This document shows positions 26,277-35,723 of a DNA stretch of 64,000 bases, piece after piece. This DNA comes from an uncultured Myxococcales bacterium (lineage in GTDB: Bacteria > Myxococcota_A > UBA9160 > SZUA-336), in the NCBI GenBank assembly GCA_964454165.1, contig CAYVQJ010000100.1:7594-71593 (forward strand), given 5' to 3'. Position 1 is the stretch's first letter, and each line of letters begins with the position of its first letter. The position numbers and the translations under genes are program-made. Under the pieces are notes generated by a model. The model was not told the origin of the DNA, made no database searches, and was given only the letters and a program-made list of their open reading frames with translations.

Positions 26277-26483
26277 GCTTGGTGGTTGACCAGTCCCTCG
26301 GGCTCGGGCTAAACACGTCCTGGGGATTCAAGGATTCCCGTCGGCGCCAGGGGGGGCTATGGGTCGCCGGCCGGGAACCGGAACTTGTCGTCCGAGAAGG
26401 CGGCCGGAACCGGGGGCCCCGAAGGTCGGGGCCTCTCCTTGTCCCCAGTATTTTCTCGATCAGCGACGAATGGGGGGGTCGGG

Positions 26484-29261
26484 ATGCAGCGTGGGGCGGG
26501 GGGACGTGTGAGCGACGGAGCGCCGCGAATCGAGGTTGAGCGGCACTTCACGCGGCCGGGAGACGACGTGTTTGCGTCCGTCGACTGGGAGGTGCGAACC
26601 GCTCGCATTCAAGGAGAGAGTGGCGACGTCGTGTTCGAGCAGACCGACGTCGAGGTGCCGCGCTCCTGGTCGCCGCTCGCGTCGAACATCGTCGCCTCCA
26701 AGTACTTCCGCGGGCACGTGGGCGCGCCGTCGCGCGAGCACAGCGTGCGCCAGCTGATCGGCCGCGTCGTCGAGACGCTTCGGGGGTGGGGCCGCGACGG
26801 CGGCTACTTCGCGGACGAGGACCAGGAGTCGGCGTTCGCGGACGAGCTCGGGCACGTACTGCTGCACCAGAAGGCCTGCTTCAACTCGCCGGTTTGGTTC
26901 AACCTGGGTGTCGTCGAGCCGGACGGCCGCAAAGTCCCGCAGCAGGCGAGCGCCTGCTTCATCAATTCGGTCGAGGACTCCATGGCGTCGATCATGGATC
27001 TCGCCAAGACCGAGGCGATGCTGTTCAAGGGCGGCTCGGGCGCGGGTACCAATCTGTCCACGCTGCGCTCGTCGCGCGAGAACCTCGCGGGTGGCGGCGT
27101 GGCCAGCGGGCCCGTCTCGTTCATGCGCGGCTTCGACGCGTTCGCCGGCGTGATCCGCTCCGGCGGCAAGACGCGCCGCGCCGCCAAGATGGTGATCCTG
27201 AACATCGATCACCCCGACGTGCTCGACTTCATCCGCTGCAAGGCGGAGGAGGAGAAGAAGGCCTGGGCGCTGATCGACGCCCGCTACGACGGGCGCTTCA
27301 ACGTGCCCGGCGGCGCCTACGACTCGATCCAGTACCAGAACGCCAATCACTCGGTGCGCGTCTCCGACGCGTTCATGCGCGCCGCCGAGCGCGACGGCAG
27401 CTGGCAGACGCGGGGCGTCACCACCGGCGACGTGATGGACGACTACCGCGCGCGGGATCTGCTGGGGGAGGTCGCGCGGGCCACGCACGTCTGCGGCGAT
27501 CCCGGCCTGCAGTACGACACCACGATCAACCGCTGGAACCCGGTCAAGAACACCGGCCGGATCAACGCCACCAACCCGTGCAGCGAGTTCATCTTCCTGG
27601 ACGACACGGCGTGCAACCTGGCGTCGCTCAACCTGCTGCGCTTCGCCGACGAGAGCGGCCGCTTCCAGACCGCCGACTTCGAGCACGCGGTCGACGTGCT
27701 GATCCTGGCGATGGAGATCATCGTCGGCTGCGCCGACTACCCGACGGAGCGCATCGCGAAAAACAGCGAGAAGCTGCGGCCGCTCGGGCTCGGCTACGCC
27801 AACCTCGGCGCGCTGCTCATGCGCAACGGGCTGGCGTACGACAGCGACGAGGGCCGCAACCTCGCCGCCGCGATCACGTCGCTCATGAGCGGACGCTCCT
27901 ACCTGCGCTCGGCCGAGATCGCGCGCCGGCTCGGCCCGTTCTCGGAGTTCGAGCGCAACCGCGCGCCCTTCCTCGAGGTGATCGGGCTGCACCGCGACTA
28001 CGCCGAGCGCGTGCCGTCCGTGGGCGTGCCCGACGACCTGTGGCAGGCGGCCCGCACGAGCTGGCGCGAGGCGCTCGAGCTCGGCCGGCGTCACGGCTAC
28101 AAGAACGCGCAAGTGACCGTGATCGCGCCCACCGGGACGATCGCGTTCATGATGGACTGCGACACGACCGGGATCGAGCCCGACATCGCCCTCGTCAAGT
28201 ACAAGCAGCTCGTCGGCGGGGGGATGCTCAAGATCGTGAACAACACGATCGGGAACGCGCTCTTGAATCTCGGCTACTCCGAGTCGGCGGCGCGCGCGAT
28301 CGTGGCGCACGTCGACGCGAACGACCGCATCGAGGGCGCCCCCGGCCTGCGCGACGAGCACCTGTCCGTGTTCGACTGCGCGTTCTCCACGCGGCCGGGC
28401 GGGCGCTCGATCCACTACCTGGGCCACGTGCGCATGATGGCGGCGGTGCAGCCCTTCCTCTCGGGCGGCATCTCGAAGACGGTCAACATGCCGGCCAGCG
28501 CGACAGCCGATGAGATCGGCGAGGCGTACCTGCAGGGCTGGAAGCTCGGGCTCAAGTCGCTCGCGATCTACCGCGACGGCTCCAAGCGCACCCAACCGCT
28601 CAACACCAGGCAGGAAGAGGCCGGGGCGAAGCCCGAGTCCGTGGCTGCTCCGGCCGCAGTCGTGTCCGAGCCGCAGCCGCGGCGCCACAAGCTCCCGGAC
28701 GTGCGCAACGCGCGCACGCACAAGTTCTCGATCGCCGGCCACGACGGCTACATCACCGTCGGGCTCTACGACGACGGGACTCCGGGCGAGGTGTTCCTGA
28801 AGATGGCGAAGGAAGGCTCGACCATCTCGGGGCTCATGGACTCGATCGCGATCATGACCTCGATCGCGCTCCAGTACGGCGTGCCGCTCAAGGCGCTCGT
28901 GGACAAGTTCAGCCACACGCGCTTCGAGCCGTCGGGCTTCACGCAGAACGCCGAGATCCCGTACGCCAAGTCGGTGACCGACTACGTGTTCCGCTGGCTC
29001 GGCCTCTCGTTCCTGCAGCAGCCCGAGGCCGAGCTCGACGCGGAAGTCGCGGAGCCCGCGGAGCTTGCGCCGTCCACGGCGCCGTCTGCGTCCACCCCGT
29101 CGCGCGAGCGCCTCGGCGCCGTCCGCGGCGGCAGCGAGCTCGAGCCGCACCACACCGGCCAGTCCGACGCCCCGCCCTGCATCAACTGCGGCTCGATCAC
29201 CACCCGCGCCGGCGCCTGCTACGTCTGCATGACCTGCGGCGAGACCGGAGGTTGCGGCTGA
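26484..29261 (+). CDS. nrdJ: adenosylcobalamin-dependent (class II) ribonucleotide reductase
   Basis: ASNIVASKYFRG, CFINSVEDSM, FKGGSGAGTNLSTLRS, NPCSEFIFLDDTACNLASLNL, and a C-terminal CINCGS..CYVCMTCG zinc ribbon. Confidence 0.9.
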   Translation: MQRGAGGRVSDGAPRIEVERHFTRPGDDVFASVDWEVRTARIQGESGDVVFEQTDVEVPRSWSPLASNIVASKYFRGHVGAPSREHSVRQLIGRVVETLRGWGRDGGYFADEDQESAFADELGHVLLHQKACFNSPVWFNLGVVEPDGRKVPQQASACFINSVEDSMASIMDLAKTEAMLFKGGSGAGTNLSTLRSSRENLAGGGVASGPVSFMRGFDAFAGVIRSGGKTRRAAKMVILNIDHPDVLDFIRCKAEEEKKAWALIDARYDGRFNVPGGAYDSIQYQNANHSVRVSDAFMRAAERDGSWQTRGVTTGDVMDDYRARDLLGEVARATHVCGDPGLQYDTTINRWNPVKNTGRINATNPCSEFIFLDDTACNLASLNLLRFADESGRFQTADFEHAVDVLILAMEIIVGCADYPTERIAKNSEKLRPLGLGYANLGALLMRNGLAYDSDEGRNLAAAITSLMSGRSYLRSAEIARRLGPFSEFERNRAPFLEVIGLHRDYAERVPSVGVPDDLWQAARTSWREALELGRRHGYKNAQVTVIAPTGTIAFMMDCDTTGIEPDIALVKYKQLVGGGMLKIVNNTIGNALLNLGYSESAARAIVAHVDANDRIEGAPGLRDEHLSVFDCAFSTRPGGRSIHYLGHVRMMAAVQPFLSGGISKTVNMPASATADEIGEAYLQGWKLGLKSLAIYRDGSKRTQPLNTRQEEAGAKPESVAAPAAVVSEPQPRRHKLPDVRNARTHKFSIAGHDGYITVGLYDDGTPGEVFLKMAKEGSTISGLMDSIAIMTSIALQYGVPLKALVDKFSHTRFEPSGFTQNAEIPYAKSVTDYVFRWLGLSFLQQPEAELDAEVAEPAELAPSTAPSASTPSRERLGAVRGGSELEPHHTGQSDAPPCINCGSITTRAGACYVCMTCGETGGCG

Positions 29262-29273
29262 GCGCTGCGCGAG

Positions 29274-29636
29274 TCAGCAGCATCGGATGAACGTGTTGGT
29301 GCCGCGGGCGTAGTCCTCGCGGATCGGGCTGAAGATGTCGAGGGCGCGGCAGGGGCCGCCGACGGGGCGCGCGGCGTGCGTCGTGTTGCCGGGAATCACG
29401 TAGGCGTCGCCGGGGCCGAGGACGCGGCGGTCGCCGTCGATCGTGAGCTCGAGGCGGCCGTCGAGGACGATGCCGGCCTGCTCGTGGGGGTGCGAGTGTG
29501 GCGGCACTTCGGCGCCGGCGTCGAACTCGACCTGCGAGAGCATGACGCGCTCGCCGTGCGGCGTGCGGATGCGCACGCCCGGGCCGAGCTCCTGCGGTGC
29601 GATCGCGTTCCAGTCGACGAAGCCTTTCACGAGCAT
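29274..29636 (-). CDS. cupin-domain protein
   Basis: PPHSHPHEQAGIVLDGRLEL...GPGDAYVIPGNTTH (cupin motifs 1 and 2). Confidence 0.7.
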   Translation of the reverse strand: MLVKGFVDWNAIAPQELGPGVRIRTPHGERVMLSQVEFDAGAEVPPHSHPHEQAGIVLDGRLELTIDGDRRVLGPGDAYVIPGNTTHAARPVGGPCRALDIFSPIREDYARGTNTFIRCC

Positions 29637-29676
29637 GCGCGCAGTCTCCCTCGCGGTGCTGTGGCAGTGTAGAGGG

Positions 29677-31275
29677 ATGGCACCTTCTTCGTTCGCGCGC
29701 GCTACGCCGGTCCTCGTCGCACTGCTCGGCTGCGTCTCGCCCGGAGCGCCGCGGCCGCTGCCGGCGCCGCCGCTCCTCGAAGACGCGTCGTTTCGCGAGG
29801 GCAGGGCGCGCGCGGCGCACGCGCGCGAGGTCGGGCCGGCGGCCGGGCGCGCGCGCAACGTGATCCTGTTCGTCGGCGACGGCATGGGGATCGCGACCGT
29901 GACCGCCGCACGCATTCTCGAGGGCCAGCGGCGCGGCGAGCCCGGTGAGGAGAACCTGCTCGCGTTCGAGAAGCTGCCCTACACCGCGCTCTCCAAGACC
30001 TGGAACACCGATCAGCAGGTGCCGGATTCGGCGGGGACGATGACCGCGCTGGTCTCCGGGGTGAAGACGCGCGCGGGCGTGCTCGGCGTCGACGGCCGCG
30101 TGGTGCGCGGCGACCACACCAGCGTGGACGCTGCGCGCGTGCCGACGCTTCTCGAGCAGGCCGAGGAGCGCGGGCTCTGGACGGGGATCGTCACGACTAC
30201 GACGGTCACGCACGCCACGCCGGGCGCGTGCTACGCGCACGTGCCGCATCGCGACTGGGAGGACGACACGAAGCTCTCGGAAGCAGCGCGGGCCGCGGGC
30301 TTTCCCGACATCGCGCGCCAGCTGGTGGAAATGCCCGGCGACGGGATCGAAGTGGTGCTCGGCGGCGGTCGCCAGCACTTCCTGCCGAAGACGAGCGCCG
30401 ATCCCGAGCACGACGGCAAGACGGGAGCGCGCGGCGACGGGCGCGATCTGGTGCAGGCCTGGCGCACGCGCCATCCCGACGGCGAGGCGGTCTGGCGCCG
30501 CTCGGACTTCGAGCGCGTCGACGGCTCGAGCGAGCGCTACCTGCTCGGGCTGTTCGAGCCGTCGCATCTCGGCTTCGAGCTCGACCGCGCGCGCGATCCC
30601 GGCGGCGAGCCATCGCTGTCCGAGATGACGGCGAAGGCTCTCGACGTGCTCGAGCGCGCGCCTGCGGGCTACTTCCTGATGGTCGAGGGCGGGCGCATCG
30701 ACCACGCGCACCACCTGAACAATGCGGCGCGCGCGCTCGGCGAAGCCATCGAGCTCTCGAACGCCGTGCGCGTCGCCCAGGAACGCGTGCGTCCGTCGGA
30801 CACGCTGATCGTGGTCACTGCCGACCACAGCCACGTGTTGAGCTTCGCCGGCTACCCGCGGCGCGGGAACCCGATCCTCGGGCTGGTCCGCGGGAGCGGC
30901 GCGGAAGGGGAGGGCGAAGGCGAGCTCGCGCGCGACGGGCTCGGCCTGCCCTACACCACCCTCGGCTACGCGAACGGCCCGGGCTACACGGGCGCGACCG
31001 AGGCGCAGCCGGCGGGCCCGAAGCGCTTCCCGCACCTTCCGCGCAAGCAGAGCGGGATCGTGCGCGGTCGACCGAACCTGGAAGGCGTTGCCACCGACGA
31101 TCCCAGCTACCTGCAGGAGTCCACGGTGCCGATGATGCTGGAGACGCACGCCGGAGAGGATGTGCCTGTCTACGCGGGCGGCCCGGGCGCTGCCCTGTTC
31201 CGCGGCGTGGTCGAGCAGAGCTACCTCTACCACGCGATGGTCGAGGCCCTCGGTTGGACCTCGACAGGCGAGTAG
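29677..31275 (+). CDS. alkaline phosphatase (PhoA family), probable lipoprotein
   Basis: Lipobox LVALLGC. NVILFVGDGMG, QVPDSAGTMTAL (Ser nucleophile), MVEGGRIDHAHH, VTADHSH. Confidence 0.85.
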   Translation: MAPSSFARATPVLVALLGCVSPGAPRPLPAPPLLEDASFREGRARAAHAREVGPAAGRARNVILFVGDGMGIATVTAARILEGQRRGEPGEENLLAFEKLPYTALSKTWNTDQQVPDSAGTMTALVSGVKTRAGVLGVDGRVVRGDHTSVDAARVPTLLEQAEERGLWTGIVTTTTVTHATPGACYAHVPHRDWEDDTKLSEAARAAGFPDIARQLVEMPGDGIEVVLGGGRQHFLPKTSADPEHDGKTGARGDGRDLVQAWRTRHPDGEAVWRRSDFERVDGSSERYLLGLFEPSHLGFELDRARDPGGEPSLSEMTAKALDVLERAPAGYFLMVEGGRIDHAHHLNNAARALGEAIELSNAVRVAQERVRPSDTLIVVTADHSHVLSFAGYPRRGNPILGLVRGSGAEGEGEGELARDGLGLPYTTLGYANGPGYTGATEAQPAGPKRFPHLPRKQSGIVRGRPNLEGVATDDPSYLQESTVPMMLETHAGEDVPVYAGGPGAALFRGVVEQSYLYHAMVEALGWTSTGE

Positions 31276-31303
31276 GCGCGCCGGCAAGCGCGGAGCGCGC
31301 GCA

Positions 31304-32608
31304 GTGAGCGCCGCTTCGGACGCGAACGGAGGCGGTAGGCACGCGGCCGCCCGCGTGCCGGACACCGCAAGACCCGACGTCGTCGTGATCGGCGGCGGCG
31401 CGGTGGGCGTCGCGTGCGCGTGGTCGCTCGCCGAGCGCGGCGCGCAGGTCGAGCTGGTGGAGCAGGGCGACCTCGCAAGCGGCGCTTCGTACGGCAACGC
31501 CGGCTGGATCTTCCCGAGCCACGCGACTCCGCTGCCCGCTCCGGGCGTGATCGGGCAGGCCGTGAAGTGGCTCTTCGACGCGGAGAGCCCGTTCTATGTG
31601 AAGCCCCGGCTCGACCTCGATCTGGCGCGCTGGCTGCTCGCGTTCCTGCGCGCGTCGACGGCCTCGCGCATGCGCCGCGCATTCGCGCTTCACCGCGCCC
31701 TCTCCCTGGCGAGCCTCGAGCTCTACGCGAAGCTCGCTGCCCTTCCCGGGATGGACTTCGGCTTCGCGCGGAGCGGTCTCGTGGTCGCCTGCGCCACGCC
31801 GGCCGGACTCGACGAGATGCGCGCGGAGCTCGCGCTGCTGCGCGAGCACGGTGGCGATGGCGAGCTGCTCGACGCCGCGGCCCTGCGCGCACGCGAGCCG
31901 GCCCTCGCGGGCGACCTCGCCGGCGGCGTCTTCTATCCCGAGCACGCGCACGTGCATCCCGCACGCTTCGTCGATGCGCTCGCGCGCGCCGCGTCCTCGC
32001 GCGGCGTCGCGATCCGCACGCGCACCGAGGTGCTCGCGTTCGAGGTCGCGGACCGGCGCGTCGTGCGCGCGCTGACCACGCGCGGGCCGATCGACGCGGA
32101 TCAGTTCGTGCTCGCGGCCGGCGCCTGGTCCACGCGCCTCGCGGCATCGCTCGGCCTGCGCATCCCCGTCGAGAGCGCGAAGGGATATAGCCTGACTGCG
32201 CTGCGCCCGCGCGAGCTCGGCGCGGCGTGCCTGATGCTCGCCGAGGCGAAGGTCGGCGTGACCTCGCTCGGCGGCGAGGTGCGCTTCGCCGGAACGCTCG
32301 AGCTCGCCGGTCTCGACCTGTCGGTGAACCTGCGCCGCGTCGCCGCGATCGAGCGCGCCGCCCGCCGCTTCCTGCCGGAGCTCGGCCCGCTCGCGCCGCA
32401 TGAGATCTGGCGCGGCCTGCGCCCGCTCCTGCCCGACGACCTGCCCGCAATCGGCCGCCCGCGCGCGCTCGCGAACCTGATCGTCGCGACCGGCCACGGC
32501 ATGTGCGGCATCTCGCAGGCCCCGATCACCGGCCAGCTCGTCGCCGAGCTCGCGACGGGCGCGCCGCCGTCGCTCGACCTCGCCCCGTTCTCGCCGGACC
32601 GGTTCTAG
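31304..32608 (+). CDS. dadA: D-amino-acid dehydrogenase-like FAD oxidoreductase
   Basis: VVVIGGGAVGVACA, SYGNAGWI, VKWLF, ESAKGYSLT, GLRPLLPDDLPAIG and ATGHGMCG parallel E. coli DadA. GTG start assumed. Confidence 0.7.
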   Translation: MSAASDANGGGRHAAARVPDTARPDVVVIGGGAVGVACAWSLAERGAQVELVEQGDLASGASYGNAGWIFPSHATPLPAPGVIGQAVKWLFDAESPFYVKPRLDLDLARWLLAFLRASTASRMRRAFALHRALSLASLELYAKLAALPGMDFGFARSGLVVACATPAGLDEMRAELALLREHGGDGELLDAAALRAREPALAGDLAGGVFYPEHAHVHPARFVDALARAASSRGVAIRTRTEVLAFEVADRRVVRALTTRGPIDADQFVLAAGAWSTRLAASLGLRIPVESAKGYSLTALRPRELGAACLMLAEAKVGVTSLGGEVRFAGTLELAGLDLSVNLRRVAAIERAARRFLPELGPLAPHEIWRGLRPLLPDDLPAIGRPRALANLIVATGHGMCGISQAPITGQLVAELATGAPPSLDLAPFSPDRF

Positions 32609-32618
32609 GCGACCACCC

Positions 32619-32691
32619 GTACCGCGACGGCTGTCGCCGAGCGGTCTTCGCTCGGCTGCGCCTCGCTGCGCGCGCGCTTCGCGCGCTTGCA
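32619..32691. repeat. GC-rich dispersed intergenic repeat, copy A
   Basis: Contains ccgcgacggctgtcgccgagcgg (32622..32644), an exact reverse-complement match to 38817..38839, followed by gcgcctcgctgcgcgcgcgcttcgcgcgcttgc. Lies between two convergent stops. Confidence 0.8.
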
Positions 32692-34389
32692 CTACATCAA
32701 CGTGTAATCGGGGCCGCCGCCGCCTTCCGGGGTGGTCCAGGTGATGATCGCGTAGGGATCGGCGATGTCGCAGGTCTTGCAGTGCACGCAGTTCTCGTGG
32801 TGGATCACGAGCTTCTTGCGCCCGGGCTTGGCGTCGTCGGGGATCATCTCGTAGACCGCCGCGGGGCAGAAGCTCTCGCAGGGATTGCCGTACTCCTCGG
32901 CGCACGTCGTGGCGCACACGTTGGTGTCGGCGACGACCAGGTGATGCGGCTGATCGACCTCGTGGCGCGAGCCCGCGAAGCTCACCGCCGTCACCTTGTC
33001 GAAGGTGTACTTGTTGTCGTAGGCGACCTTCTGGCGCCGCGCGAGCTGCGCCGGCGTGAGCTCGCGGAGCTTCTTCATGTGTTTGTGGTCTTCGCTCGCG
33101 CGGATGAAGCCCTGCACGCCACGCCCGCCGGTGACCAGCATCGCGCCCACGTTCACGAAGAAGGGGAGCTGACGCGCCCAGCTCATCCAGCTCGGCATCG
33201 CGTGAACCCACTTCCATGCCGCGTGGAAGTTGCGCGCCTGGCGGTGCTGCTGGTAGGCCCAGCTCTTCTGGTAGCGATCCTCGAGCGCGCGCAGCGTCTG
33301 CCCGGAGAAGTCGTCCTTCGAGATCGCGTCGACCAGCGTCTCCGCCGCGAGCATTCCCGACTTGAGCGCCATGTGCACGCCCTTGAGCTTGAAGCCGTCG
33401 CAGAAGCCGCCGGAGTCACCGACGAGCAGCACGCCGTCGCCCCAGAGCCGCGGCTGGCTGTGCAGCCCACCTTCGGGGATCGTCTTGGCGCCGTAGCGCA
33501 CCATCTCGCCGCCCTCGAGTAGCTCCTTGATGAACGGGTGGAGCTTGAAGCGCTGCATGTTGTCGTGCGGGTCGTTGAATGGGTTCTCCGCGTCGAGCCC
33601 GGTCACGAACCCGAGCGAGATCATCCCGTCCTTCATGTCGTACAGCCACGCGCCGCCGAACGCGTCGGGCTCCTGCGGCCAGCCCATGGTGTGGATCACG
33701 CGCCCTGGGCGGTGGTTCTCGGGCCTGACCTTCCAGATCTCCTTGATCCCTGTGGCGTACGTTCCTGGGTTGCGCCCGTTCATCTCCGGGAAGCGCTCCA
33801 GCAGCTGCCTGGTGCACGAGCCGCGCGGCCCTTCGCCGAGCACGACGCACTTCGCGACGATCTCGGGGCCGGGCTCGAACACGCCCTTTTGCTTGCCGTC
33901 CTTGTCGATTCCCTTGTCCTGCACCTGCACGCCGATCACGCGGCCGTTCTCGAACAGGAGCTTCGCCGCCGGAAACCCCGGATAGATCTCGATCCCGCGC
34001 TCCTCGGCCTGCGCGCCCAGCCACTTCACGCTCTCGGAGAGCGAGACCACCAGGTTCCCGTGGTTGGCGAAGTTCGGCGGGGTCAGCGGGAAGCGCAGCG
34101 CGCGCTTCTCGGTGAACCAGTACGCGGCATCCCAGGTCACCTCGTGGTGGATCGGGAAGCCCTTCGCCTTGTACTCGGGGACGAGCTCCGCGATGCCGCG
34201 CGGGTCCATCACGGCGCCGGAGAGCTGGTGCTCGCCGAGCGCCTCCGCCTTCTCGATCACGAGGATGCTCGGCAGCTCGAGCTTGCGCTCGCGGCACAGA
34301 TCGACGAGGTGGATCGCGGCCGCCAGCGTCGCCGGGCCCGCGCCCACGAACAGGATGTCCATCTCGAGCCGATCGCGCTCCACCGCCAT
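32692..34389 (-). CDS. electron-transfer flavoprotein:ubiquinone oxidoreductase (ETF-QO)
   Basis: AGGAGGA lies 5 nt upstream of the ATG at 34389. DILFVGAGPA. C-terminal 4Fe-4S region CPAAVYE...HENCVHCKTCDI. Confidence 0.9.
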   Translation of the reverse strand: MAVERDRLEMDILFVGAGPATLAAAIHLVDLCRERKLELPSILVIEKAEALGEHQLSGAVMDPRGIAELVPEYKAKGFPIHHEVTWDAAYWFTEKRALRFPLTPPNFANHGNLVVSLSESVKWLGAQAEERGIEIYPGFPAAKLLFENGRVIGVQVQDKGIDKDGKQKGVFEPGPEIVAKCVVLGEGPRGSCTRQLLERFPEMNGRNPGTYATGIKEIWKVRPENHRPGRVIHTMGWPQEPDAFGGAWLYDMKDGMISLGFVTGLDAENPFNDPHDNMQRFKLHPFIKELLEGGEMVRYGAKTIPEGGLHSQPRLWGDGVLLVGDSGGFCDGFKLKGVHMALKSGMLAAETLVDAISKDDFSGQTLRALEDRYQKSWAYQQHRQARNFHAAWKWVHAMPSWMSWARQLPFFVNVGAMLVTGGRGVQGFIRASEDHKHMKKLRELTPAQLARRQKVAYDNKYTFDKVTAVSFAGSRHEVDQPHHLVVADTNVCATTCAEEYGNPCESFCPAAVYEMIPDDAKPGRKKLVIHHENCVHCKTCDIADPYAIITWTTPEGGGGPDYTLM

Positions 34390-34419
34390 GCTTCCTCCTC
34401 GCGAGCTCTGGACCATATC

Positions 34420-35682
34420 CTACGAATCCGTGCGCGGGACCAGTAGCCGAGAGGCGGCCAGAAAGATCGCGAGCGCCCCGAGCATGCCGACGCCCCCGAG
34501 CACGAACGGCGCACCCGGGGCGATGCGCTCGAGCACCCAGCCCGCGCCGAGCGCGCCGAGCGTGCGCCCGGTCTGCGCCATCGCCTGGCTCTGTCCCAGC
34601 GCCTCGCCGGCCCCGTCGGAGCCGCACGCCTTAGTGAACAGGCTCGTGAACACCGGGAAGGCGATGCCGTTGCCGATCGCGAGGGCCGTCGCCACCGCGA
34701 CGAGCGCCGGCAGGGATGCCGCGAAGGGCAACGCAATCATCCCGCCCCCGGTGAGCGCCAGACCGGCGCGCACCAGCGCGGCCTCGCTGTAGCGGAGGGT
34801 GAGGCGCCGGATCCCGATCCCCTGCACCAGACCGATCACCGTCCCGACGTACGCCATGAACAGCCCGACGTTCCACGCGGTCCAGCCGAAGCGCCGGTAC
34901 GCATACAGCGCGAACATCGCCTCGAGCGTCGAGAAGCACAGGAAGATGTGGAAGAACAGGTACAGGTACAGGCGCGTACGGTTGTCGTGCGCGGCCGCCA
35001 CCACCAGCAGCGGCGCCGGCACCAGCGAGCGCGCGAGCCGGCCCCACGACACCGGCCCAACGCCCGCGGCGCGCGACTCGGGTAGGAAGAGCGCCGCGAG
35101 CACACAGCTCACCAGCGCGGCCGCGGCGGTGGCGTAGAACGGCAGTCCCGGCTGGATCGCCTGCAGCGCACCGCCGAGCAGGTTGCCGAGCACGAAGCCG
35201 ATGCCGAACGCGGCGCCGATCAGACCCATGCCGTGCGCGCGCTCGGACTCGTTGGTGATGTCGGTCATGTACGCCTGCGCGGTGCCGATGCTCGCGCCGA
35301 AGAAGCCGCCGAGCGCCCGGGCCGCGTAGATCTCCCAGATGGTGTCGGCGAGCGCGAGCCACACGAACGAGACTGCGGTTCCGAGCAGGCACACCAGCAG
35401 CACGGGCCGGCGGCCGACGCGATCGGAGATCCAGCCCCACACCGGCAGGAACAGCACGAGCCCGAGCGAGTACAGGGCGAGCATCAGCCCGACCTCCGTC
35501 TCGCTTGCGCCGAGCGTCTGCGCGTAGATCGGCAGCACCGGGATCAGGATCGAGAAGCCGACGAAGTCGATCAGAATCGTCGTGAACAGGATTGCGGAGA
35601 GCAGACGCCGCTCGCGCGCACTGAGACGCAGACCGGCGCTCGCGCCCGATCTGATATCGTCGCCGCGCTGGCCTCCCACCAC
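34420..35682 (-). CDS. MFS transporter (drug/H+ antiporter-like)
   Basis: 12-TM-like hydrophobic pattern. WGWISDRVGRRPVLL is MFS motif A. Confidence 0.8.
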   Translation of the reverse strand: MVGGQRGDDIRSGASAGLRLSARERRLLSAILFTTILIDFVGFSILIPVLPIYAQTLGASETEVGLMLALYSLGLVLFLPVWGWISDRVGRRPVLLVCLLGTAVSFVWLALADTIWEIYAARALGGFFGASIGTAQAYMTDITNESERAHGMGLIGAAFGIGFVLGNLLGGALQAIQPGLPFYATAAAALVSCVLAALFLPESRAAGVGPVSWGRLARSLVPAPLLVVAAAHDNRTRLYLYLFFHIFLCFSTLEAMFALYAYRRFGWTAWNVGLFMAYVGTVIGLVQGIGIRRLTLRYSEAALVRAGLALTGGGMIALPFAASLPALVAVATALAIGNGIAFPVFTSLFTKACGSDGAGEALGQSQAMAQTGRTLGALGAGWVLERIAPGAPFVLGGVGMLGALAIFLAASRLLVPRTDS

Positions 35683-35723
35683 GCGCGCATTCTAGGGCGT
35701 CGGCGGGTCGGCGCGGAGGGCGC

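Noticed and set aside
26331-26483. Cobalamin riboswitch in the nrdJ leader, suggested by G-rich tracts and the repeated gccgg(g)aaccgg.
   Set aside because: I could not find a B12-box-like core or the conserved GGGAA..GGUG..CC architecture. B12 riboswitches normally control B12-independent alternatives, not nrdJ.
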